DNA of 64,000 bases, from assembly GCF_009914755.1 (NCBI RefSeq), contig NC_060929.1. The stretch is one strand, 5' to 3'. The position numbers were made by a program, and so were the translations under genes. Below the pieces are notes generated by a model that was not told where the DNA came from, did no database searches, and saw only the letters and a program-made list of their open reading frames with translations. This DNA is from the human T2T-CHM13v2.0 reference genome, Homo sapiens. Position 1 is the first letter of the stretch. Each line of letters begins with the position of its first letter. This document shows, one piece after another, positions 43,287-57,592 of the stretch.

Positions 43287-45009
43287 GTAAGCAGTTTTTT
43301 TCTTATAACAACAGCTTACAAGTTTTTCCCAGAGGTTTGGGAAGTAGGTGAGCAAACATTAGAAAGCTGATGGATGGCCTCTGATCATCTACTTGAACAA
43401 ATCCTGAGCTGTGTTTTTCCAGTATAAAACAGTGTCAAACAAATACAAGTTAGGGCTGTTACAAACCATTTTTTTAGTGTCAAATAAAATGACATATGTG
43501 AAACCATTGTAAAACCGTAAATCATTGTGCAAAATTATTATAGCTAGGGTGGAGGGAGAAACTATCCAAATTGACTTGAGAAGCCACTATTTCAGGGTGA
43601 TTGAAAGTTAGAAACCACTTAGGTTCTTAGAAGATGTGTTTCCATAACACTGAGCAAATCTTCAGTCTTCACTTAACAATCTGGTCACATAATGCCTGGA
43701 TTTATTCAATTTGGGTAAATATATGTTAAAATATCATTCCACCACTGTAATCTGTGGAATTGTTACCCTTCCCACCTGGTCTTGGAAGGCAGTACTACTT
43801 TGAATAGTGCTTATACCTTGAGCTCCTACTCCAGTTTTTCAGACTTTTTTGGTGTGCAAGGGTTACACTGTGACAAGTGTATTATTGGTTTGCATGGAAG
43901 GGCTGAGAGTTTAGCAAGGGTCTGTGAACAGTAAGGCCAGTGAATGTTAGGGCAACTCCCAGTACAGCTGGCCATTCGGTGGCCTTGCTGTGAGTGATCA
44001 CCGCACAAGCCTTCTGAAGTGGTAGCTATTTACAAGAAGAAGGTGAAATATTCTGCCGTAACAAGGACAAGCAACAGCACAATACTTTACAAAAAGGTCG
44101 GAAGGCAGGGCACTTTACCTTGCATGGAATTATTCAGGAGGCTCAATAGCTTTGTATAGCAACGGAAGGCTTATTGACAGGAGTTAAAGGCTTCCGGAAG
44201 AGGGGACTAATTCTCTGGGACAGCCACACACACAAAGTCATTAACCCCCTGCAGGAAAGTGTGAAATTGTCCTGTATTGGAGGCTGGGTTAACTTGTGTG
44301 GCCCTATTGTGGCCATTTCCCCTCCTTGTACAGTAGAGAATCTATCTCCTTCTTCTTTCCATATAATTAGTGAGTTTGGTGCCCCAAATCACCAAAGCAG
44401 TTGAGGTCCCAGCATTTTCTTCATTACCATGTGGGCCTCTTACCCCCTCCCTGCATAGTTGCATAGTTAGTGGTTGTGAGAACCAGTCTCCATTCTCTGC
44501 TAGTGTGGAAGGAAATGTGGGCTCTTTTTATCCCCTCCACTCTTCCTCACCCAGGGTGGAGGAGAAGAAGTCACATTTCTCCATTGTTCCAAAAGAGAAA
44601 CTCTCCTATTTAATTGGGTCAATTTTAATTTAATACAGAAAAATGACAGGAGTGTTTCCCAAATAACTTGTTTGTAACTGCTTAGGTCATTCTAACAGTA
44701 TAACTTTGGACAAATTCCTATGAACACTACAGAGGAAAAAAAAAGAATTCCTAGCTGAGAGGTGTTGATGGAATGACCAAAAAACTCTACTGTCTGATTA
44801 GCAGATCAAGTGCTTTGGGTTGTCTGGGTAAATATTTAGAATAAAGGAAAAAATCAAGGACTTAAGACATACAGATGTGAATTTAGTTGGTAGCCCTGGT
44901 GCCTTCTTAGCAGAGAAATATCAAGCAATTAATTTGCTTATCCTTGTTGAGCTCTGGTTTCTCTACTTGTAAAATGAGATGAATAATGCTAACCTAATAG
45001 AAAAAAACA

Positions 45010-45480
45010 GAAACAGCCCTCATACTACGAATAGGGGAGTGGTTAAATAAATTAGAGTATATCTGCAGTATGGTGTATTACACAAACTTTTAAGATAGGT
45101 AGAGGCATATGTGCTGATGTGGAGAAACATATAAAAATATTAAGTGGATAAAAGCAAGATGTAGAACAATATGTATATCAGATTTCCTTTGGTGTAATAA
45201 GTAAAAGAATTTTACATCAGGAGATATGCATCCCCATATGTGCTTAATAATGAGGGGGATAGGAATTATAAAAAACAGTTAGAAGTTAACTTGAGGGAGA
45301 GGAATGGAAAGTTGGGCAGGAGGAGGGAAGTTAACATTTTTAATTTATATTTTTCTCTGTTATTTAGGTTTCCTAGCCAGGTCTGTATGTTACTTTTATT
45401 TTTAAAATGTCCACATAGTTTATTTGCCTAGTAAGATTATGAACCTTTTTTATATTTTTATAGATTAAAAAGTAAAAACC
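45010..45480 (+). mobile_element. Old L1M 3' fragment flanked by MIR pieces
   Basis: aataggggagtggttaaataaatta...ttaagtggataaaagcaagatgtagaacaatatgtata. Confidence 0.65.
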
Positions 45481-45969
45481 TTTGAAATTAGTATGGGAAT
45501 TAAATTAAGGAATATGTGTGAAGTGCCTAGAATAGAATGGGCATAGTCAACATTAGTGCAAATAAAATGAAGAAAAATACCTAAATAGTTTTTAACCTCC
45601 AACTTCTTTTTTTGAAACTATATTTTATGCATGAACGATTATCTTTATTATCCCATTTATTATTTTTATTGCTAATTTTTAGAAACTGTTTACTACCTGT
45701 TTCTCTGTCATTTTTGGCTTATGGTTATGACTGTCCTGGATGTGGTGAAAGATCACTAGATTGGTAGTAGAACCGGATTTGCCAATAATTACTGTAATTT
45801 GTGGCAAGCAGGTCATTTGATCTTTCTGAGCTTTTGTTCCCTCAACTATTTAGCAAGTCATCTGGACGATCTCTAAGGTCTCTCTAAACTCTAAATTTTC
45901 ATATCCATTTGCCACTGAATTTGGTGCAGCTGAAAGCAAGAGTTTGAATTAGTAGGCCGTCAGAGAGTT

Positions 45970-46439
45970 TGTAGCAGGACAAGCAGGACAAGCTGCAGAC
46001 AAAACTACTCAGACACCGAGTTAAAGAAGGAAGGGGTTTATTCGGCCGGGGGCATCGGCAAGACTCCTGTCTGAAGAGCCGAGCCCCCGAATGAGCAATT
46101 CCTGTCCCTTTTAAGGGCTCACAACTCTAAGGGGGTATGCGTGAGAGGGTCGTGATCGATTGAGCAAGCAGGGGTTACGTGACTAGGGGCTGCATGTACT
46201 GGTAATTAGATCGGAACAAAAAAGGATAGGGATTTTCACAGTGCTTTTCTATACAATGTCTGTAATCTATAGATAACATAACCGATTAGGTCAGGGGTGG
46301 ATCTTTAACTACCAGGCCCAGGGTGTGGCGCCGGGCTGTCTGCTTGTGGATTTCATTTCTGCCTTTTAGTTTTTACTTTTTCTTTCTTTGGAGGCAGAAA
46401 TTGGGCATAAGACAATGTGAGGTGTGGTCTCCTCCCTTA
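45970..46439 (-). mobile_element. LTR2 (HERV-E/Harlequin) solo LTR
   Basis: tgtagcaggac...gtggtctcctccctta termini; CpG-rich; 4-bp TSD AGTT. Confidence 0.93.
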
Positions 46440-46741
46440 AGTTCAAAGATAAAAGAGAAAAGGAATATCATAAAGAAAAGTTTGAAGTTAGGAAATAGTT
46501 ATCTAAAACCAACCCAATCTGTTACAATAGACACAGACACTAAATCACTCACTGCACTTCTCAATCAGTAATTTAAAGCTATTTCTGCCCATGGATACTC
46601 TACCATTACATAAAAGACTGCTAAGATAAGCTTTACATTTTTCTTCCAAGTTGAGTTTTGTTGATAAATTATTTTCTTTTTGATGATTTGTTTTCAATCT
46701 ACAAGCAAGGTAAATGCTTTGGAGTCCACAGTTATTTACTT

Positions 46742-47387
46742 ACACAGGGGTGGAAAGGTGTTACCGTGTCTTCATCCATCTTAAGGATCATAGCCTACAC
46801 TCCAATAACAAAACAAAAGACAGGTCAACAAGAGAAAAGCTCAAACAATCTATTTAATCAAAGTTGTATGTGACAGGGGTGACTTCAGAAATGAAGAGCC
46901 AAAGACCCAGGGAAAACTGCCGATTTTTATGCTCAGGTTGAATGAGAAATGAACAGCTCTGTAGAAATGTGATTGGACAAATGGGTATGATCTAATTAAT
47001 GGTAATAGACTGAGAGGGGAAACCCAACAATGGCCTATTTAGATTCTTCTTGGCATCTCTGTGTGGCATTCGTTTCCTTCTGGACATAAGACCGGACACC
47101 TGTCACATGAGGCTCTTCAAAGGAGAAGGGAGAAAGTCAAAGAATGTCCTTTCTAGGCTTTATGGCTTGCTTTGGGGAAGAGGAGTTCTAGTTTCTGTGA
47201 CCTGCCTTGGCGAAGAGGAATTCTGGTTTCTACAAATTATTTCGAGGGGAGATAGAGGGGTGAAAGACAGGAGGATGAGAGAAGGTCAGAAAGACTTTGC
47301 TTCTGAGGCCCTTCCATTCTCCTCCAGTTCAAAATATTCAGCACACAGGGTACTGTATTTTGAAGTATTGTGTTCTGGAGCCTAACA
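46742..47387 (-). mobile_element. MER34-group ERV1 solo LTR
   Basis: aacaagagaaaagc...gtgattggacaa...ttctagtttctgtgac...gagcctaaca; similar to 35751-36298. Confidence 0.8.
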
Positions 47388-47410
47388 CTTTTTTTCCTGT
47401 TTGTTGGAGT

Positions 47411-47529
47411 TGCAGGGAAAAGATTTCTTTACTCACCTATTTTTAGGTTCATAGTTGAGGTGCCTATAACTAAAGGTAGATTAACAAGAGAAAAGCATAA
47501 CAAATGTATGTAATGTAAGTTTTATGTGA
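47411..47529 (-). mobile_element. Truncated MER34-group LTR end
   Basis: agattaacaagagaaaagcataacaaat...aagttttatgtga, stops at an Alu. Confidence 0.6.
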
Positions 47530-47807
47530 GGCCAGGCACGATGGATCATGCTTGTAATCTGAGCTCTTTGGGAAGCCAAGGCAGGTGGATCACTTGAGGT
47601 CAGAAGTTCGAAACCAGCCTGGCCAACACGAAACCAGCCTGGCCAACATGGTGAAACCCCATCTCTACTGAAAATCCAAAAAGTTAGCCGGGAATGGTGG
47701 AGGCACCTGTAATCTCAGCTACTCTGGAGGCTGAGGCAGGAGAATTGCTTGAACCTGGGAGGGGGGCATTGTGACAGAGTGAGAATCCATTTGAAAAAAA
47801 AAAAAAA
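47530..47807 (+). mobile_element. Rearranged AluS (20-bp duplication, right-arm deletion)
   Basis: cgaaaccagcctggccaaca twice; gggaggggggcatt^gtgacagag. Confidence 0.92.
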
Positions 47808-50217
47808 GGAAGTCACGTCCAATCAGGCTCATGATCAGGGGGCTTCAGGTAGAACTTCTCCTTAGCCTTCCAAACTCTTCCCCCAAAGTTATTCTAGGGG
47901 CTCTATTTGAGAGAATATGATGATGATTTATTTTAAATCAAGAGTTCTGAGAAGTACACAGAAACCAGAAAATGCACCCAGAAATTAGAGATTATCAAAT
48001 TATCCTGAATGTAGGGAATTCCAATGACACTGATTCTCATTCTTCATTCCATTTTGAATGGTTCAAGATGAAGGGGAGCTACTGACTGCTGAATAGAGAC
48101 GAGGAAATCTCCATTTCCATGCTTGCTTCCGGGCTCTGTGACTCGCTGTTGCAGCTGACTGGCTGTAACAGTGTGAGGTCTCAGGCGCTTGGAGGGAGAT
48201 GTGCATCTGGGTAGAAGCTGTGCCATAAGGACAGAACTCCCACAGCCAGCCGGGTCACTCCTTCCTACCCTCTGGGAGCGTTCCCACCAACTCTTGTGAT
48301 CTCAGAGGCACTGCCTGCCAGAGTAAGGACCCTCCTCAGAGACCCACAGGCATCGCAGTGCAGTCTGTGAGGCACTTGTTAGCTATGCACAGTGGGCTGT
48401 CTGTCACTGCTTGGAGCCTACCTGCTGCTGGGAGAGACGGCTCTCTAAGCACAAAGTAGCCTGTGTGAAACCTCGGGCATGGTTGATAGAATCTATTGCC
48501 AATGGTGGGTCTATACATCACAAGGGGTGAAGACAGCCTTAGAATCCTAGGCACAGAGCAAAGAAAACCCCTTTGAGACCAACCCCACCTAATAAAACGG
48601 GGCACACCATGTGGCTGGTAAACATGCCTTCATCAGATAGCAAAGGGAAGCAAAGATTGTTGAAAACGTTGACAAAATGTTCAAGTTCAATGGCCCTGGG
48701 TCACGTCCAAGTAGAGCAAATGGTAATAGTAAGGGATTCTAATTAAGAATTCCTGTTTTTATTTGAGTCAGCTTGGTGAAAAGCGGGAGAGGTTTCTTGA
48801 CATTTCTTGATTTGATTGTTCTCAGCTTATAAAACAAATTCTATTTTCCCCTACAATTGTGTTAAATTACTGTCTCCAAAGAAACATTTTGCATATGGAT
48901 GCCCTCTGGTCTCCCTTCCCCTGATGTGTCTTTTATGCAGCCTGGGAGGGTCATTTGCAGTACAGCAAGGGTTGTTTGGCCCAGGCACACAGACAACTGG
49001 AGAGTTTTAAAGAGTATAATCTGACTGTATCCTGTAAGTAGCTACTTTGATCTCTTATACCAATAATTATGCTTCTCAGAAAATAGAGGGTGGGGGGAGG
49101 AATCACTGCAAGCCAAAACTTTTGCTGAAAGATAAGATGTTATGATTTTCTGCTAATTATCTTACTGCAATTAAGAAGTTGAGACTGATGGCTTAAAGCT
49201 TCCAATACATAAAAATCAGCAGCCATTTTAGTTGAAATGCAACATCCTGCAACCTGTTTTTAATTGACTTCCCTCCTCATCACTCTTCAAAGTATGGCTT
49301 TGCCAAAGCCACCAGATTCTGACTTTGAAGCGCTGTTGGAAAAGAGTAAAAACAAAGGCCAGAAGTCAAGGGCTTTCAACTACATATGTTTTAGGCCAAA
49401 TTTACAAATGTCTTTTTTTTTTTTTTTTTTTTTTTTTTTAGTTTCTCAAAAGGTTACTTTTAGTGAGCTTTTTGATCTGAAAAAACAAAAACAGAAACCA
49501 AGACACCCCATATTGATCATGTTTAAAAAGAAAATGTTATTTAACAATTGGTCTAGTCACAAATGTCTGCTTTCCTAATTTTTTTCTGAAGATTGAAGTT
49601 TCACATTTCTGATAGGTACAAAATTGCAGATCAAGTTTTTCCCTTTGAAATGTGTCATATAATGCAACTGTCACATAAGGGCCAATGGCTGGTTTAGGCT
49701 ACAGAAGACATCATGGAACAAGAACTTGGTGAATCCTATGGACAAGATCTGTGGCTCAGTTATAGGGTCCATGGTCTGTGCTCAGGGAACGCATCCTTAT
49801 TTATAACCATCTTAAATTATAACATTTGCATTATGAAAATAGAAGTTCAATAATTTGGTATTTAAATGAATTATTTGCCAAGTTCAGACACACATCAAGA
49901 ATGTTTGCAAATTTATGAAGGAAAACAAAGTATCCCAGCCAATTTCACAAAGAATAGTTTTATAACAGATTCAGATAAATGCGAAAACCTTAAAGAAAAA
50001 GTGCTCCTTGAAAGTGCCAACAAGACATGCAAAGTGTTAGTTTTTACAGGGCTAGAATACAATACAGCCCATTTAGTGTGGTGCCCATTCATGACTCTTC
50101 AAGTCAAGGCTGATGTGTGTTTCTATCTTGGCATGACCTTCTCATTCCGACAATGTAGAGTGTCTAAGGATCTGTATAGAACAACAGCTCACATTTGGAT
50201 TGTAAATGAGGAAAAAT

Positions 50218-50825
<608 letters not shown>

Positions 50826-50899
50826 CATATATATATATAACTCATCATAGGCTGGGATTCTGTAAACTAGACTGATAAAAGAAAATTAACAGGAGAAAC

Positions 50900-51205
50900 T
50901 GCCTGGGCATGGTGGCTCACTCTTATAATCCCAGCACTTTGGGAGGCCGAGGCAGGCAGATCACGAGGTCAGGAGTTCGAGATCAGCCTGATCAACATGG
51001 TGAAACCATGTCTTTACTAAAAATACAAAAATTAGCTGGGCATGGTGGCGCACCCCTGTAATCCCAGCTACTCAGGAGGCTGAGGCGGGAGAATTGCTTG
51101 AACCTGCCAGTTGGAGGTGAACCTGGGAGCTGGAGGTTGCAGTGAGCCGAGATCACACCATTGCACTCCAGCCTGGGTGACAGAGCTAGACTCCGTCTCA
51201 AAAAA
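50900..51205 (+). mobile_element. AluSg-like SINE
   Basis: TSD aaaattaaca(g/a)gagaa; extra ~19 nt near gaacctg in the right arm. Confidence 0.93.
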
Positions 51206-51300
51206 AAATTAACAAGAGAACCTGAAGTTTATTAACAAACACATGCATCACATTTGTATATGGGAGAACTCAGTGATGATTAAGTAAAAATGTGACTAGA

Positions 51301-51430
51301 GGCCAGGCACAGTAGTTCATGCCTGTAATCCCAGCAATTTGGGAAGCCACGGTGGGAGAACTGCTTGAAGCTAGGAGCTCAAAACCAGGTTAGACAACAA
51401 AGAGAGACCCTGTCTCTACCAAAAAAAAAA
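51301..51430 (+). mobile_element. FLAM / AluJ left monomer
   Basis: Single arm with A-tail. Confidence 0.85.
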
Positions 51431-51523
51431 GTGGTTAGAATTTGCACTTATATAGCATCTTTACAAAAGAAAATTATATTTGACAGCAGTAACAAGACAA
51501 AGGAAAAAGATTTTGAGCTTCTA

Positions 51524-51871
<348 letters not shown>

Positions 51872-51936
51872 CTAGTAGTAGATAAGAGCTTTTTAGTAAG
51901 GTTTGTCATGTAGATTTCATTGGTTCCATCTGTTTA

Positions 51937-52235
51937 TTTATTTTTTATTTTTTTTGAGACGGAGTCTCGCTCTGTCACCCAGGCTGGAGTGCAGTGACGC
52001 AGTCTTGGCTCACTGCAAGCTCCATCTCCGGGTTCACGCCATTCTCCTGCCTCAGCCTCCCGAGTAGCTGAGACTACAGGCGCCCGCCACCTCGCCCAGC
52101 TAATTTTTTGTATTTTTAGTAGAGACCGGGCTTCACCATATTAGCCAGGATGGTCTTGATCTCCTGACCTCATGATCCGCCTGCCTCGGCCTCCCTAAAA
52201 TCTGGGATTACAGGCGTGAGCCACCATGCCCGGCC
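51937..52235 (-). mobile_element. AluY-like SINE
   Basis: Perfect TSD ggttccatctgttta. Confidence 0.95.
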
Positions 52236-52452
52236 GGTTCCATCTGTTTAGAGTTGTCACCAGTGATTAACTGATTAACTTCTATCCCTCTTAGTAGAGA
52301 GGGGAGGAAGGACACCTTTACAAATTTATAACCTACTTTTAGGCACACCAGGGTACACAGAGAGCTTTTCTTGTATCTCCTTCTTCTCAATTGCCTATGA
52401 TTCAAAATAATCCTTATGCAAAAGTGGCATATTTTGAAGCAGCATATTCTGC

Positions 52453-52978
52453 TGTATTAGTCTGTTCTCATGCTGCTAATAAAGACCTACCCAAGACTGG
52501 GTCATTTATAAAGGAAAGAGGTTTAATTGGCTCACAGTTCCACATGGTTGGGGAGCCCTCACAATCATGGTGGAAGGTGAATGAGGAACAGAGTTACATC
52601 TTACATGGTGGCAGTCAAGAAAAGCTTGTGCAGGGGAACTCCCTTTTATAAAACCATCAGATCCCATGAGACTTATTCACTATCATGAGAACAGCATGGG
52701 AAAGACCTGCCCCCATGATTCAATTACTTCCCATCGGGTACCTCCCATGACACGTGGGAATTATGGAAGCTACAATTCAAGATGAGATTTGGGTGGGGAC
52801 AAATCTATATATAGCCAAACCATATAGAGCTTCTAGGTCGGCAAATTGTGGGAAGGCAGCTGGGTGTGGTGGCTCATGCCTGTAATACCAGCACTTTGGG
52901 AGGCCAAGATGGGAGGATCACCTGAGGTCATATATTTATGGTTACATATTTAACCAAATATATAGCCAAACCATATAA
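52453..52978 (-). mobile_element. THE1B/C-like solo LTR carrying a complex insertion near its 5' end
   Basis: tgtattagtctgttctca...agccaaaccatataa; 5-bp TSD TCTGC. Confidence 0.9.
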
Positions 52979-53027
52979 TCTGCTATCCTTGATGCCCTTG
53001 CATTAAGAAACCTCCTTACCCCACTTT

Positions 53028-53335
<308 letters not shown>

Positions 53336-53376
53336 TAAGCTATTCCATTCCTGTGAGGTAAGCACTATTGCTTTCT

Positions 53377-53379
53377 TTT

Positions 53380-53435
<56 letters not shown>

Positions 53436-53883
53436 AATGTTGGCTTGCTGCACCCATTAACTCGTAATTTACATTAGGTGTATCTCCTAATGCTATCCCT
53501 CTCCCCTCCACTGACCCCACAATAGGCCCCGGTGTGTGATGTTCCCCTTCCTGTGGCCAAGTGTTCTCATTATTCAATTCCCACCTATGAGTGAGAACAT
53601 GCGGTGTTTGGTTTTTTGTCCTTGTGATAGTTTGCTGAGAATGATGGCTTCCAGTTTCATCCATGTCCCTACAAAGGATATGAACTCATCAATTTTTATG
53701 GCTGCATAGTATTCCATCGTGTATATGTGCCACATTTTCTTAATCCAGTCTATCATTGTTGGACATTTGGGTTGGTTCCAAGTCTTTGCTATTGTGAATA
53801 GTGCCGCAATAAACATAGTGTGCATGTGTCTTTATAGAAGCATGATTCATAATCCTTTGGGTATATACCCAGTAATGGGATGG
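53377..53883 (-). mobile_element. 5'-truncated L1PA (ORF2 C-terminus and part of 3'UTR)
   Basis: ORF 53574..53825 (MFIAALFTIAKTWNQPKCP...) matches the L1 ORF2p C-terminus; 20-bp TSD ggtaagcactattgctttct. Confidence 0.95.
53384..53431. repeat. (AT)24 microsatellite
   Basis: Perfect AT run. Confidence 0.97.
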
Positions 53884-54035
53884 GGTAAGCACTATTGCTT
53901 TCTCTATTTTATGGATGTGCATGCTGAGGTTCACAGGGATTTTGTTACGTTTAGTTAGTAGGTGAGTCAAGATGAGACTTGCACTCTTTATTCCAGGAAT
54001 AACTATCATTTCTGATAGTTATAAGGGTTCTATAG

Positions 54036-54620
<585 letters not shown>

Positions 54621-54649
54621 TCATGTGTTATATTTCTGCTCTGGTCATC

Positions 54650-54850
54650 ATATAGATTCAGCCTGTGCATTTCATGGGATCTTTTGTTGGAAATATTTTT
54701 TATTTTACAGATGGAAAACAAACAAAGACCCTAAAACAAAGAGAGGTCACAGGACTTGGTCAGTGTCACACAGCTCAGCTGATTTGTGCAAAGTTGGGGC
54801 CAGGATCTAGGTTTCCTGACTTCCAGAACTGAGCTCCTTCTACCACACTA
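54650..54850 (-). mobile_element. MIR fragment
   Basis: attttacagatggaaaac...gtcacacagct...ggggccaggatctaggtttcctgacttccag. Confidence 0.75.
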
Positions 54851-55092
54851 CACAGAGTCTCTACCCATGAGCCAGGCATCCTTGATGTGGCAGCAAGCCG
54901 GCCCTTCCTGCCTTATGCCGAAGGCCAGGGAACTCAAGCAGGGAGACAGACATCATGTTCTTGAGAGCTCTGAGCCATGTTCCCTGCCAGCACTCTTACC
55001 CTAACCATGCAAATAAGGATGAAGCTTATCACAAACTTACAGATTATTTAGGAGGAATCAAGCAGATTTTAGCCTTTGCTGTAAAAGCAGCA

Positions 55093-55095
<3 letters not shown>

Positions 55096-55123
<28 letters not shown>
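55096..55123. repeat. (GT)n microsatellite
   Basis: About 14 units. Confidence 0.95.
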
Positions 55124-56074
55124 TGCGTGTGTGGCAATTAGGCATGGATTTTCCAGGCCTCTAAGGACCTGTGTGTTGTGATGATTCTTTGTGGAGAATG
55201 ATATACAAAAGGTTTGGCAAGGCCAGTGGTTCTCGGGCCGCATGTGCCATGCAATTCCAGACAGGTCACCTTAGACCAAAACAGTTCTTTTGTCCAGTTC
55301 CCAAAAGTTCATCTCTCGGTCTCTATGACAGAGACCTGGAAACACAAACTGGCTTCAAACAAAGCCACTCTACCATGTGTGCTAAACCCTGGCCATTCAC
55401 ATAAGCTGTTGTTTCAGCTCATTTCATCATCTTTGGCTCAATCCTTGGAAAAGTACTTTCATATAATTGAAAAAGCAAAACATTGTATTTTTTCACTATA
55501 TAAAGAATCACGTTCATTGCAGAAAGTTTACAAATTACTGATGTACACAAAGGAGAAATTTAAATTGCTCTAATCTGACAATAATTATTGGTAAGTTGTA
55601 AGTGTAGCCTGGTCTATTTTTTATGCCTGAAGATACTTTTTTAAAATAAAAAAAATTGGATCATACTATAAATAGCTTTGTGACTGGCTAATTTTTATTT
55701 TTTTTCCTCCTAATACAATAATAATATCGGAATTTTTGTTGAGTGCTTCTACATCTCAGCTACAAAAATTTTGTAAAACAGCTACTACAATTGCTAGTTT
55801 ACAGCTGAAGAGACAGAGGCTCTGAGATTAGTTATTCTTCCTCTTCATTCTCTCATTAGATAATCTCATTCTAGGCCATGCCTCACAGTTAATTTATAAA
55901 TTCTAGCTCAAAAGTTTACTGTCAGCCCTGACTTCCCTTCTCAGCTTTAGACTTATATATCCAACTGCCTCCCTACTTAGTATCTTAATTTGGATCTCAA
56001 AAGTGCCTAGGACTCAACTCATCCAAAATTGTGCGTGAGTATTTTGCAGTGGGCAACACAGGAACCTGCCCTAA

Positions 56075-56420
<346 letters not shown>

Positions 56421-56843
56421 TTGAATTTCTTCTTTACACAGCAGCCAAAGGATCTGGTCAAAATACGAATTTGGTTACGCTACCATCAATTTATAACACT
56501 TAAGTGACTTTCCTCTGCTTTTCAGGGAAAGACCAGAATCTTTAACATGGTCCACAAAGCCAGTTGTAATTGGTCTGCCTCTCTCGCCTCAGTTCACATG
56601 GTCTTCTCATGCTCTTCACCCCAACATCCCTGACATGCTTAGTTTATTTAACTAAACTGCAATAAAATTTTGCACTTGCTGTTCCTTCTAACTGGAACGC
56701 CCTTCCTGCCACCCTGTTTGTTCTTTGCCTGGATGACTCCTACTTTCTTTTCAGATGTCAGTTCAGCCACCACGTCTGTAGATAAGGTTTCCCTGTGCCT
56801 CTTGACCAGGGCAGTTCCCCTGTATTAGTCACTGTTTTAGCAC

Positions 56844-57141
56844 TGTGGGGGCCAAGGCCCATGGACACCTAAAGTTTTGCTAAAAAAATCACTTACATCA
56901 GGCAGATCGATTAATGATTCTGTTACATGGAACACATTTTAGATTTCTGGCTGGCTTTGGGAAAGGATGTTCTGGTTTGCATGACACACCTTGGGGAAGA
57001 GGGATTCTAGTTTCTGTGGCCAGCCTTGGGGGAGAATGGGACTGAGAGACAGGAGAACAGGGGAAGGTAGGATGAAAACTTTTGCTTCTGAGGCTGCTGC
57101 TGAGGCCTTCATTTGGTGGTATTGTTTTCTGAGCCCTGACA
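56844..57141 (-). mobile_element. Internally deleted MER39-like solo LTR
   Basis: tgtgggggc...gccctgaca termini; 4-bp TSD GCAC; only ~300 bp long. Confidence 0.75.
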
Positions 57142-57480
57142 GCACCCTGCTATTCTTTTTTGTAGCACTTATCACAGATGTAAACTTATACCTACTTGTG
57201 TGATTCTTTAATTGAAGACTATAATTTCATTTAGACTGCAAGCTCCACAAGGGCGCGAACCACACCTGTTTTTATCTACCATTATATCTTTACTGACTAG
57301 AGCATTGGTCAGCACATATTTTTTAATAAATAATATATGTTAGATGAACTAGTTGAATGACTTTCCCCAGATAAAATGGCTGAGCCAAAATGGAAGCTAA
57401 TGTTCTTTCTATTATATATGATAAAATCAGGCAGGTGTAAAGCAATAAATACATGTATATGAGGTATTTACCTAAGAGTT

Positions 57481-57592
57481 GACCAGGCGCAGTGGCTCAA
57501 GCCTGTAATCACAACACTTTGAAAGCCTGAGATAGAGCTCAGGAGTTTGAGACCAGACTTTGTCTCTAAAATAATAATAATAATAAAAAAAT
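57481..57592 (+). mobile_element. Degenerate Alu monomer
   Basis: gaccaggcgcagtggctcaagcctgtaatc...(aat)n tail with deletions. Confidence 0.8.

Noticed and set aside
53574-53825. ORF with clear protein similarity
   Set aside because: It is the C-terminal remnant of L1 ORF2p in a ~500-bp truncated copy, not a gene.
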